From Anaerolineae bacterium (GTDB lineage: Bacteria > Chloroflexota > Anaerolineae > JACIWP01), in contig JACIWP010000001.1 of assembly GCA_014360855.1 (NCBI GenBank), positions 1 to 32,835 of the forward strand: 32,835 nt of DNA, in the 5' to 3' direction. Below the pieces are notes generated by a model, which saw only the letters and a list, made by a program, of their open reading frames with translations, searched no databases and was not told where the DNA came from. This document shows, piece by piece, positions 23,970 through 32,571 of the stretch (its first letter is position 1; each line of letters opens with the position of its first letter). Both the position numbers and the translations under genes were made by a program.

Positions 23970-25304
23970 ATGCCGCTCAGTGGTCTGGAAATATACAAGC
24001 TCTTGCCCAAAACGAACTGCAAGGAATGCGGTTTTCCCACCTGTCTGGCCTTCGCCATGAAGCTGGCCGCCAAGCAGGCCGAGCTTTCCGCCTGTCCGTA
24101 TGTCTCGGAAGAGGCCAAGCAGGCGTTGGCGGCGGCCGCCGCACCGCCCATCCGCCTGGTGACCCTGGGCACCGAGCGCAACTTTGCTGTGGGCAACGAG
24201 ACGGTCCTCTTCCGCCATGAGAAGACCTTCTATCACGAGCCGGGCCTGGCACTGCGGGTGAAGGATACCGATCCGGCGCTGGAGGAGAAGGCAGCGCTGG
24301 TAGATGGCTTTTCCGTGGAGCGCGTGGGCGTGAACCTGGTCATGAACGCGCTGGCCATCGAGAACGCTTCCGGGGATGCCGGCACATTCGCCGGCGCGGT
24401 GGCCAAAGCGCGCGCCAAGACCAAACTACCCTTTATCCTGATGAGCGACAACCCGGATACGATGAAGGCTGCATTGGAGAAAGAGGGCGGCATGAAGCCG
24501 CTCATTTACGCGGCTTCCGATGGCAATGTGGAGGCTATGGCCGCGCTGGCCAAGGCGCACGGCGCCTCCCTGGCAGTGAAGGCAGAGACGCTGGATGGCC
24601 TGGCCGCGCTGACGGAGAAGGCGACCGCCGCCGGCGCGGAGGATTTGGTGCTGGACCCGATGCCGCGCCATCTGGCTGGCGCCCTGGCGGCCTTCACGCA
24701 GTTGCGCCGGCTGGCCCTGAAGAAGAACTTCCGCCCGCTGGGCTATCCCATCATCGCCTTTGCCGGCGACGGCGCCAATTCCCCGGAAGAGGAGACCATC
24801 GCCGCCGCCCAGGCCATTTGCAAATATGCTGGCATCATCGTGCTCGACCACTTCGATGCCGCGGATGTGTATGCGCTGATGACCCTGCGGCAGAACATCT
24901 ACACCGATCCGCAGAAGCCCATCCAGGTCAGCCCGGGCCTGTATGAGATCAACAGCCCCAAGCCGGGCGACCCGCTGATGGTGACGACCAACTTCTCGCT
25001 GACCTACTTCAGCGTCGCCGGCGAGGTGGAAGGCGCTGGCAAACCGGCCTGGTTGTTGGTCACCGATTCCGAGGGCATGAGCGTGCTCACTGCCTGGGCG
25101 GCCGGCAAGTTCGACGCCGAGGTCATTGCCAAAGCGGTCAAGAACTTCCAGGTCGAGAGCAAGATCAATCACCACAAGATCATCATCCCCGGCCTTGTGG
25201 CCACCATCTCGGGCGATCTGGAAGAGGAACTGCCGGGCTGGGAGGTGCTGGTGGGGCCGCGCGAGGCGGTGGATATCCCGGCCTATTTGAAGCTGTGGCA
25301 GTAA
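23970..25304 (+). CDS. acsC: Corrinoid iron-sulfur protein large subunit
   Basis: Start trimmed from the track's 23799 to ATG 23970 (MPLSGLEIYKLLPKTNCKECGFPTCLAFAMKLAAKQAELSACP, the N-terminal [4Fe-4S] motif Cx2Cx4Cx16CP). GGAGGAAAGGAG RBS. 444 aa. Confidence 0.94.
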   Translation: MPLSGLEIYKLLPKTNCKECGFPTCLAFAMKLAAKQAELSACPYVSEEAKQALAAAAAPPIRLVTLGTERNFAVGNETVLFRHEKTFYHEPGLALRVKDTDPALEEKAALVDGFSVERVGVNLVMNALAIENASGDAGTFAGAVAKARAKTKLPFILMSDNPDTMKAALEKEGGMKPLIYAASDGNVEAMAALAKAHGASLAVKAETLDGLAALTEKATAAGAEDLVLDPMPRHLAGALAAFTQLRRLALKKNFRPLGYPIIAFAGDGANSPEEETIAAAQAICKYAGIIVLDHFDAADVYALMTLRQNIYTDPQKPIQVSPGLYEINSPKPGDPLMVTTNFSLTYFSVAGEVEGAGKPAWLLVTDSEGMSVLTAWAAGKFDAEVIAKAVKNFQVESKINHHKIIIPGLVATISGDLEEELPGWEVLVGPREAVDIPAYLKLWQ

Positions 25305-25447
25305 TGGTGTAACACCGCGTGTGGTAGTGGGGGAGTGGGCTTGCCTGCTCCCCCCGTTTGCCCTGTTCCCGAGGGCCGGCCGGCGGAACATCCGTGCGCC
25401 GGCCCATGCGAGACCTTGTTGGCATAAGGGGGCGTCGTAATCCGGAT

Positions 25448-27391
25448 ATGCCAGTGATCCGACTGCTACCGGCGGAAGGCAATCCAACCGAAGTCACCGC
25501 ATCTCCAGGCACCCTGCTGAGCGAGGCCATCGCACAGGCCGGCATCGCCCTGCACCTGCCCTGCGGCGGGCAGGGGCGCTGTGGCAGATGTAAGGTGCAG
25601 GTGCAGAAGGGGACCGTCCGCCGGCGTTCCGTGATCCGCTTGAGCGAGAAAGAACTGGAAGAAGGCTGGGCGCTGGCGTGCCAGACGCTGGTGCAGGATG
25701 AGGAGCTGGTCGTCGCCATCCCACCGCAGGCGGATAAGCTCAGCCGGCGCATCCCCAGCGAACCGCGCAAGGTGCCGCGGGTGGAACTGCCCATCTCTTG
25801 CGACTGGCGCAGTGACCCTCCCCTGCGGCGGGTGTACCTGGATATCGCACCTCCATCGCTTTCGGACAACACCTCCGATTTCGAGCGGGTGGTGCGCCAT
25901 CTCCAGCCACATCTGGAGGAGGGCGGGCAGGTCAGCATCTCCCTGCCAATGCTGCGCCGGCTGGGAAAAATCCTGCGGGATGCGAACTGGCAGGTGACGG
26001 CGACGCTGGAGTATTACGATTGGACGACCCGCCGGCAGGGCCGGCGGCCGCGGCTGATCGACCTGGTGCCCGGGCGCCGCACCCATGAGCTGTACGGGGT
26101 GGCTATTGACATCGGCACCACCTCCAACGTGGTGTACCTGGTGGATCTGCTGACCGGCGAGGTTGTGGATTCTGCCGTCGAGTACAACGCGCAGATTGCC
26201 TGCGGCGAGGATATCATCTCGCGCATTATCTATGCCCGCCGGCCGGGCGGATTGGAGCATCTCCAGAAGCTGGTGGTCGGTACCCTGAACGGCTTGATCG
26301 AGCAGGTGGCGGCGCGCAACGGCATCCAACCGACCGATATCCAGCGCGCCACGGTGGCCGGCAACACCACCATGATCCATCTCTTCCTCGCCATCCCGCC
26401 CGAGCCGATCCGGCTGGAGCCGTACATCCCCATCATCAACCACCCCCAGCCGGTGCTGGCGGCGGAGCTGGGATTGAACATCAACCCGGACGCCAAGGTG
26501 GACTGCCTGCCCGGGGTGGGGAGCTACGTGGGGGCGGACATCACCGCCGGCGTGCTGGCCACCGGTATGCATCGCCAGGAGGAGCTGACCCTGTTCATTG
26601 ACGTGGGCACCAACGGCGAGATGGTGCTGGGCAACTCCGACTGGCTGATCACCTGCGCCTGCTCCGCCGGCCCGGCCTTTGAGGGCGCCGGCGTGCAGTC
26701 CGGCATGCGCGCCACCGAAGGGGCCATCGAAGAGGTCTGGATTGACCCGCATACCGGCGAACCCACCTACAACACCATCGGGGATGTGCCGGCGAAGGGG
26801 CTGTGCGGCTCCGGCATCATCAGCCTGCTGGCGGAGCTGTTCGTCACCGGCCTGCTGACCAAAGGCGGGCGATTCGAGAACCGCGTGGGGACGCCGCGCA
26901 TTCGCCGGGGCGAGCACGGCATGGAGTATGTGGTGGTGTGGAAAGAGCAGACGGCGGATGGCGCGGCCGACATCGTGATGACCGAAGTGGATGTGCAAAA
27001 CCTCCTGCGCGCCAAGGCGGCCATCTTCGCCGGCTTCTCCACGCTCACCCGCAGTGTGGGGATTCAGATTGGGGATGTCCAACGCGTCCTGATCGGCGGC
27101 GCGTTCGGCAAGTACCTTAACATTGAGAAAGCCATTCAAATCGGCCTGCTGCCCGACATGCCTCATGACCGCTTCCGTTTCCTGGGGAACACCTCGGTGC
27201 AGGGCGCGTATCAGGCCCTTCTCTGTCCGGACCTGCGCGATGAAGTGGCGGAAATCGCCAGCAAAATGACCTATTTGGAGCTGTCCGCCGATAATACCTT
27301 CACCGAGGAGTTCATGTCGGCCATGTTTCTGCCGCATACCCAACTGGAACTGTTCCCCAGCGTGGCCGCTCTGCTGACCCCCCAGCCATAG
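25448..27391 (+). CDS. RACo-type reductive activase of the corrinoid protein ([2Fe-2S] ferredoxin domain plus ASKHA ATPase domain)
   Basis: Start set at ATG 25448 (MPVIRLLPAEG...), and ATG 25406 is an alternative. Plant-type 2Fe-2S motif LPCGGQGRCGRCKV...ALACQT. ASKHA phosphate motifs GVAIDIGTTS and IDVGTNGE. 647 aa. Confidence 0.88.
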   Translation: MPVIRLLPAEGNPTEVTASPGTLLSEAIAQAGIALHLPCGGQGRCGRCKVQVQKGTVRRRSVIRLSEKELEEGWALACQTLVQDEELVVAIPPQADKLSRRIPSEPRKVPRVELPISCDWRSDPPLRRVYLDIAPPSLSDNTSDFERVVRHLQPHLEEGGQVSISLPMLRRLGKILRDANWQVTATLEYYDWTTRRQGRRPRLIDLVPGRRTHELYGVAIDIGTTSNVVYLVDLLTGEVVDSAVEYNAQIACGEDIISRIIYARRPGGLEHLQKLVVGTLNGLIEQVAARNGIQPTDIQRATVAGNTTMIHLFLAIPPEPIRLEPYIPIINHPQPVLAAELGLNINPDAKVDCLPGVGSYVGADITAGVLATGMHRQEELTLFIDVGTNGEMVLGNSDWLITCACSAGPAFEGAGVQSGMRATEGAIEEVWIDPHTGEPTYNTIGDVPAKGLCGSGIISLLAELFVTGLLTKGGRFENRVGTPRIRRGEHGMEYVVVWKEQTADGAADIVMTEVDVQNLLRAKAAIFAGFSTLTRSVGIQIGDVQRVLIGGAFGKYLNIEKAIQIGLLPDMPHDRFRFLGNTSVQGAYQALLCPDLRDEVAEIASKMTYLELSADNTFTEEFMSAMFLPHTQLELFPSVAALLTPQP

Positions 27392-27400
27392 GGGTATGGC

Positions 27401-29539
27401 ATGGCGGAGGTAGGGTTTCGGCGAAGGGGCGGCCGGCAGTGGACAGGGGTGCTCCTGGCCGCCGGCGGATATCTGGCCCTGGCCCTGGCCATGACCTATC
27501 CGCTGGTGCGCGAATTCGGCCGGGCGATCCCCGGCGACGGGTTCGACGGCTGGCAGAATTACTGGAACCTGTGGTGGATGCGCCTAGCGCTGGTGGAGCG
27601 GGGCGTCACTCCGCTCTACACCGACATGCTCTATTATCCCACGGGGGTCAGCCTGGCCTTTCAGACGTTGAACCCGTTCAACGGCCTGGTGAGCCTGCCG
27701 GTACAGCTCACTTTCGGGTTGCTCGCGGCTTACAACAGCATCGTCCTGCTGGGCTTTGTCGCCGGCGGCCTGGGGGCCTATGTGCTGGCACGCGACGTCC
27801 TGCGTAATGCCGGCTGGCGCGAGGCGGAGGAGCGGTGGCCGGCGTTCCTGGCCGGCGTGGTCTATGCGTTCTCGCCGTTCCATTTCGCGCACCTGCTCGG
27901 CCATATGCAGGTCTTCTCGCTGGAGTGGATCCCCTTTGCCGTGTGGGCGCTCTGGCGGGGGATGAGGGAAATAGACGGCGGAACGGCCATCGGTGCCGTA
28001 TGGGCGAAGTGGAGCGGGCTGGCCGGCCTGTTCCTCATCTTCGCCGGCCTGTGCGACTGGTATTTCGCCCTGTACCTGGCCCTGTTCTCGGGGGTGCTGG
28101 CGCTGTACTGGCTGGCCGGCCGGCGCCTCCACTGGCGGCATCTGCTGTTCCTGGCCGGCAGTTGGGCCGTTTTCCTGCTGGTGCTGGCGCCGCTGTGGTG
28201 GCCCATGGCGCGGGAGGCCGGCCGGGCGGATTTCATGGTGCCGCCCAGAGAGCAGGCGCTGGAGCTTTCGGCCGATCTGCTGGCCTTTGTCACGCCGAAC
28301 CCGTTCCATCCGCTGTGGGGGCAGTGGGCCGGCCAGGCGGCGGAGCGCTTCGCCAGCACACTGTCCGAGCGGACGGTCTTTGCCGGCTTTGTGCCCCTGC
28401 TGTTGGGCATTTGGGCGGCGGTGCGGTCCGGCCGGCACAGTCGCTTCTGGTGGATTGTCACCTTGTTCTTTGTCATATGCGCGCTGGGGCCGGTACTGCA
28501 TGTCGCCGGCCGTTCCGAGTGGGGCGCGGCGGGACGGCAGATACCACTGCCGTACGCTCTGCTGTACGACGGGGTGCCGTTCGTGCGCATCGCGCGCTCC
28601 ATCGCCCGCTTCGACGTGATGGTGATGGCTGGGCTGGGGGTGCTGGCGGCGCTGGGCCTGGCAGAGCTGATGGCCCGAAGCAGGGGGGCATGGCAGAAGC
28701 TCCTGCCGGCGCTGGCGGTGGGATTGGTGTGCTTCGAGTTCTGGAGCGCGCCCTATCCGATGAGTCCGCCCGACACGCCGGCGTTCTATCACCAACTGGC
28801 CGAAGAGCCAGGCCAGTTCGCCGTGCTCAACCTGCCGGTGAACTGGGACCGCCCGGGATACCTGCTGTACCAGACGGTGCACGGCAAGCCGCTGACCGCC
28901 GGCTATATCTCCCGGGACGACCCGCGCACGCTGGTGTATAGAGCGCCGGTACTGCAGGAGTTTCGCTTCCTGGGCCGGGATATCCTGTGCGACGACGTGC
29001 GCCGGCTGGGCCCCAGCGTGTTGAGCTGGATGGGCATCCGCTATGTGGTGCTGGACCGCTATAAGATGCCAGGCGGCGCGGAGCGCGAGGTGACGACCGC
29101 TTTGACCGAGGAGATCTTCGCCGGCGTCCCGCCCGTGTACGAGGACGAGCGGTTGACGGTCTATCGTGCGGAGCCGCCGGCGGAGCCCCAACCATTTGCC
29201 GTGTTGGGCGAGGGATGGGGACCTCGCCGTGAGGAGGACGGGCAGGTTTGGCGGGAGATCGCCGGCCGGGCCCTGTTGGAGGTACAAGCCTGGGGGCGCC
29301 CCGGCGTTCGGCTGACCATCGCGGCCGGCTCGGACGGCGGTGCGGAACTGATTGTGCGGGGGGCGGCCGGGAAAGAAACCCGTACAAGCTTGTCGGAGCA
29401 GGGCAGAGTCCTGACTTTCGACGCCGCCGCGGCGGAGGATGAGCCGGTGGAGCTGGAGTGTCTGGGGCCGGCGGCATGTCGGGTGTATCTGGTGAAGGTG
29501 GAATATACTGAACAGCGCTCCGATACCTCGGGCGGATAG
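27401..29539 (+). CDS. Large polytopic membrane protein, GT-C glycosyltransferase-like topology, function unknown
   Basis: 712 aa. About 12-13 hydrophobic helices in the first ~470 aa by eye, then a ~240-aa soluble C-terminal domain. First-loop acidic motif PGDGFDGWQNYWNLWW. Starts 9 nt after the RACo stop and ends 28 nt before cooC. Confidence 0.82.
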   Translation: MAEVGFRRRGGRQWTGVLLAAGGYLALALAMTYPLVREFGRAIPGDGFDGWQNYWNLWWMRLALVERGVTPLYTDMLYYPTGVSLAFQTLNPFNGLVSLPVQLTFGLLAAYNSIVLLGFVAGGLGAYVLARDVLRNAGWREAEERWPAFLAGVVYAFSPFHFAHLLGHMQVFSLEWIPFAVWALWRGMREIDGGTAIGAVWAKWSGLAGLFLIFAGLCDWYFALYLALFSGVLALYWLAGRRLHWRHLLFLAGSWAVFLLVLAPLWWPMAREAGRADFMVPPREQALELSADLLAFVTPNPFHPLWGQWAGQAAERFASTLSERTVFAGFVPLLLGIWAAVRSGRHSRFWWIVTLFFVICALGPVLHVAGRSEWGAAGRQIPLPYALLYDGVPFVRIARSIARFDVMVMAGLGVLAALGLAELMARSRGAWQKLLPALAVGLVCFEFWSAPYPMSPPDTPAFYHQLAEEPGQFAVLNLPVNWDRPGYLLYQTVHGKPLTAGYISRDDPRTLVYRAPVLQEFRFLGRDILCDDVRRLGPSVLSWMGIRYVVLDRYKMPGGAEREVTTALTEEIFAGVPPVYEDERLTVYRAEPPAEPQPFAVLGEGWGPRREEDGQVWREIAGRALLEVQAWGRPGVRLTIAAGSDGGAELIVRGAAGKETRTSLSEQGRVLTFDAAAAEDEPVELECLGPAACRVYLVKVEYTEQRSDTSGG

Positions 29540-29567
29540 CTGTGGAGAAAAGGGGATTGCGATTCGC

Positions 29568-30344
29568 ATGGCTACGGTGACGATAGCGATTGCCGGCAAG
29601 GGGGGCACGGGCAAGACCACCCTGGCCGCGCTGTTGATCAAGTTTCTGAAAACCGAACGGCAGGGATATATCCTGGCTATTGACGGGGACCCCAGCTCCA
29701 ACTTGAACCTGGCACTGGGGCTGGAGCTGAAGGAGACCGTGGGCAGTATCCGGGAGGAGGCCCTGCAGGAGGTGCAGGCCGGCGGCGGGAGCACGCGCGG
29801 CATCAGCAAGCACGATTGGTTCGAGTACCGCATCAATCAGGCGCTGGTGGAAAGCTCACGGCTGGACCTGATTGCGATGGGCCGGCCGGAAGGCCCCGGC
29901 TGTTACTGTGCCGCCAATAACATCATCCGGGCGGTGATTGACCGGCTGGGGGACGAGTACGACTACGTGGTGATTGATAATGAAGCCGGCATGGAGCATA
30001 TCAGCCGGCAGACCACCCGCCATATTGACCACCTCTTCGTCGTCTCGGATCCCACCCTGCGGGGCCTGACGGCGGCGCAGGGCATCAAGGAGCTGGTGCG
30101 CGAATTAGGCCCACACGGGACGCGGGTTTCCCGCATGTTCTTCGTGATCAACCGCGTCAACGGGACCCTGCCGGAGGCGTTCCGCCAGAAGGCGGCAGAG
30201 ATGGGGCTGGAGCCGCTGTTCGCCCTGCCGGCGGACCCGACGATCAATGAGTTCGACATGCAGGGCCGGCCGATCATCGAGATCGGCGTGGATTCCCCTA
30301 TTTACCAGGCGGTGCGTGAGCTGGCCATCCGGGCCGGCCTGTAA
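29568..30344 (+). CDS. cooC: CooC/AcsF-type nickel-insertion ATPase for CODH/ACS
   Basis: 258 aa. Deviant Walker A GKGGTGKTT. Metal-binding CxC motif (GPGCYCAANN). MinD/ParA-like fold pattern. Confidence 0.93.
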   Translation: MATVTIAIAGKGGTGKTTLAALLIKFLKTERQGYILAIDGDPSSNLNLALGLELKETVGSIREEALQEVQAGGGSTRGISKHDWFEYRINQALVESSRLDLIAMGRPEGPGCYCAANNIIRAVIDRLGDEYDYVVIDNEAGMEHISRQTTRHIDHLFVVSDPTLRGLTAAQGIKELVRELGPHGTRVSRMFFVINRVNGTLPEAFRQKAAEMGLEPLFALPADPTINEFDMQGRPIIEIGVDSPIYQAVRELAIRAGL

Positions 30345-30414
30345 TTGTTTCGGTGCGTCGCGAGGCAGTGGTACAACTGTTTTTCAGTTACCCACACGAA
30401 GGGAGGATAGAGAC

Positions 30415-31338
30415 ATGCTGATTATCGGAGAGAACATCCACATCATCTCCAAACGGGTGAAGGAAATCATCCAGAACCGCGACACGGAAGCCCTGCAGAA
30501 GATGGCCCTGGCGCAGTGGGAGCACGGGGCGCGGGTGATTGACCTGAACATCGGCCCGCAGAAAAAGGAGGGGCCGGCCATCATGGAGTGGGCGGTGGAG
30601 GCCATCCAGGATGTCATCCCGGATGTGACCCTCTCGCTGGACACGACCAATGCGGCGGCCATCGAGGCCGGCCTGAAGAAGTGCAAACGCCCGCCGTTCA
30701 TCAATTCCACCTCAGCAGAGGAGGAGCGCCTGTCGGTATTGGGGCCGTTGGCGGCGCAGTACAATGCCAAGATCATCGCCCTGACCATGACCAAGGCCGG
30801 CATCCCCGTCAGCGCGGAGGAGCGCGTCCGCATCGCCATGGAAATCCTCATCCCGCGGCTGACGGAATACGGCATCCCCATGGAGAATATCTACATTGAC
30901 CCGCTGGTGCTGACGGTGAACGGCTGTCAGGAGTATGTGCCCAACGCCATCGAGGCGGTGCGCTTCCTGAAGGTCGCCGCGGAGCCGCCGCCCATGACGG
31001 TGGTGGGGTTGTCCAATGTCTCCAACAATGTCTCGCCGGAGAACCGGAGCCTGATCAACCGCACGTATCTGGTGATGCTGATGGCCGCCGGCCTGGATGC
31101 CGCCATCGCCGACCCGCTGGATGAGGCGCAGAACGAATTCATCCGCATCGTGGAACAACGCGATACCTCGACGCCGGTCGGCCGGCTGTTGGTCAACCTG
31201 TACGATGCCGTGGCCTCCATGAGCGAGCTGGACCCGGCGCTGGTGGACATGAATGACCCGGACCAGGCGGCGATTTACAAGACGGTGCAGATTCTGCTGA
31301 ACAAGGTGATCTTCGCCGATTCGTACCTGCGGATGTAA
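30415..31338 (+). CDS. acsE: Methyl-THF:corrinoid iron-sulfur protein methyltransferase
   Basis: Start trimmed from the track's 30247 to ATG 30415 (MLIIGENIHIIS), with GGGAGG at 30401-30406. Pterin-binding TIM-barrel pattern (DLNIGP, SLDTTN, INSTS, GLSNVS). 307 aa. Confidence 0.93.
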   Translation: MLIIGENIHIISKRVKEIIQNRDTEALQKMALAQWEHGARVIDLNIGPQKKEGPAIMEWAVEAIQDVIPDVTLSLDTTNAAAIEAGLKKCKRPPFINSTSAEEERLSVLGPLAAQYNAKIIALTMTKAGIPVSAEERVRIAMEILIPRLTEYGIPMENIYIDPLVLTVNGCQEYVPNAIEAVRFLKVAAEPPPMTVVGLSNVSNNVSPENRSLINRTYLVMLMAAGLDAAIADPLDEAQNEFIRIVEQRDTSTPVGRLLVNLYDAVASMSELDPALVDMNDPDQAAIYKTVQILLNKVIFADSYLRM

Positions 31339-31361
31339 GGGCACGGTCTGGGACAGAGAAG

Positions 31362-31394
31362 GCCCCCGCGCGAATCCTCGCGCGGGGGCTTTTT
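31362..31394 (+). terminator. Strong intrinsic terminator ending the CODH/ACS operon
   Basis: Perfect 12-bp GC-rich stem GCCCCCGCGCGA (31362-31373) / TCGCGCGGGGGC (31378-31389), ATCC loop, then TTTTT (31390-31394). Confidence 0.85.
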
Positions 31395-31524
31395 CGCGCC
31401 GGCAGGTAGACGCAAAGTTACGATCTCTTGCCGCCCCGTGTCACGGTGTATTATTGGATGTATCGTAATTGTAGCGCCGTTTGCTGACCACACGGCCGGC
31501 CCAACGCCCGTACCCGCTCCGCAG

Positions 31525-31553
31525 TTGACAGCCAGGGAGGAAAATGATACACT
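31525..31553 (+). promoter_or_regulatory. Candidate sigma-70 promoter for the DNRLRE-domain gene (TTGACA-17-TACACT)
   Basis: -35 TTGACA at 31525-31530, 17-nt spacer, -10 TACACT at 31548-31553. About 50 nt upstream of ATG 31604. Confidence 0.5.
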
Positions 31554-31603
31554 GATCATGTAAATTAAGCCGGTGGCTACCATGTATTCCCTGGTGGAAT
31601 GAG

Positions 31604-32560
31604 ATGAACGATGACCGGGCACGCCGGCCCGCCGTATCCTTCCTTGCACTGCTCCTGCTGGGCACCGCCGGCCTCGCCGCGCTCTCCTTCCTCGCCCTGG
31701 GCCTGCCCGCGGCCCAGGCCCAAATCCCGCAGACCGCCAGCGCCTTCATCGTCCTGACCCCTACTGCCGATGCGTGCGTGCTGGAGGGCTATCCCAACGT
31801 CAATTTGGGCAGTACCTCCGATATGTGGGCCGGCTATGATGACTTCCTGAACCCACCGGGCCGGATCGCGCGCTCCTACCTCGCTTTCCCCCTGCCGGCC
31901 ATCCCCGCCGGCCAGCAGGTCATCACGGCTTCCCTGCGCATCTATCACGTATTCACCTGGGACCTCCCCGACACCCTGGATCATATCACCGCCTACGCGG
32001 TGAACAGCGCATGGACCGAGACCGGCATCACGTGGAACAGCGCGCCGGCATGGGGGCCGGCCTACGGCAGCGCGGATGTCGGGTTCGAGATCGGTTCCTG
32101 GTATGAGCTGGATGTCACCGAGCTGGTACGCGATTGGGTCGCCGGCCGGCGGCCCAACTACGGGATCGTCCTGCGGGGAGAAGAGGCTTCCGGCCCGGAT
32201 GCCTCATGGCGAGGGTTCAGCACGAAGGAGGGGGATAACCCGCCCCAGTTGGTGGTCGCTTACGGCCCGCCGGCGACGGCCACCCCCACCCCCTCTCACA
32301 CTCACACGCCCACTTCTTCGGCCACACCGACCGCCACACTGACCAGCACCCCCACACCCACGCTAACGGCGACGTTCACTGCCTCGCCAACCGTTACCCC
32401 ATCTGCGACGCCCAGCGCGACACCCACTTCCACCGCCAGCCCGACGGGGACACCCACCTCCACTCCCACTCTTACGGCAACGCCCAGCCCAACGCCTTCC
32501 CCCACGCCGGCGGGCGTACGCATCTGGTTCCCGCTGGCCTGGAAAAGCCGTTGGAAGTAG
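31604..32560 (+). CDS. Secreted DNRLRE-domain protein with a Pro/Thr-rich linker and short C-terminal hydrophobic/basic tail
   Basis: 318 aa. Signal peptide ending AQAQ. The domain pattern ([16 protein letters not shown]...[13 protein letters not shown]...ITASLRIY...[17 protein letters not shown]...[12 protein letters not shown]...GIVLR) matches what I know as the DNRLRE domain. An 83-aa P/T/S/A linker follows, then [15 protein letters not shown]. Confidence 0.85.
   Translation: MNDDRARRPAVSFLALLLLGTAGLAALSFLALGLPAAQAQIPQTASAFIVLTPTADACVLEGYPNVNLGSTSDMWAGYDDFLNPPGRIARSYLAFPLPAIPAGQQVITASLRIYHVFTWDLPDTLDHITAYAVNSAWTETGITWNSAPAWGPAYGSADVGFEIGSWYELDVTELVRDWVAGRRPNYGIVLRGEEASGPDASWRGFSTKEGDNPPQLVVAYGPPATATPTPSHTHTPTSSATPTATLTSTPTPTLTATFTASPTVTPSATPSATPTSTASPTGTPTSTPTLTATPSPTPSPTPAGVRIWFPLAWKSRWK
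32264..32512 (+). repeat. Low-complexity coding repeat (Pro/Thr/Ser/Ala-rich linker, ACN/CCN-rich DNA)
   Basis: Residues 221-303 of the DNRLRE protein consist almost only of P, T, S and A ([31 protein letters not shown]...). It generates a spurious G/V-rich antisense ORF (32302-32523). Confidence 0.9.
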
Positions 32561-32571
32561 GGATGTGCCCT

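Noticed and set aside
25329-25405. Two short GC hairpins after acsC (GGGGGAG-N12-CTCCCCC, and GGGCCGGC-N17-GCCGGCCC) as a terminator
   Set aside because: The stems are short (7-8 bp) with large loops and no real T-tract. They are probably not efficient terminators, and RACo is likely co-transcribed.
25466-27343. 625-aa minus-strand ORF antisense to the RACo gene
   Set aside because: Shadow ORF. The plus-strand product has clear 2Fe-2S and ASKHA motifs.
27584-29836. 750-aa minus-strand ORF and the 368-aa +frame ORF (27835-28941) overlapping the membrane-protein gene
   Set aside because: Both translations are Arg/Pro/Gly/Ala-rich low-complexity sequence. The chosen frame gives regular hydrophobic helices, sensible loop composition and tight operon spacing.
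32264-32512. Repetitive DNA that might be a tandem repeat or CRISPR-like array
   Set aside because: It has no regular repeat-spacer periodicity. It is in-frame low-complexity coding sequence (a Pro/Thr linker) within a clear ORF.
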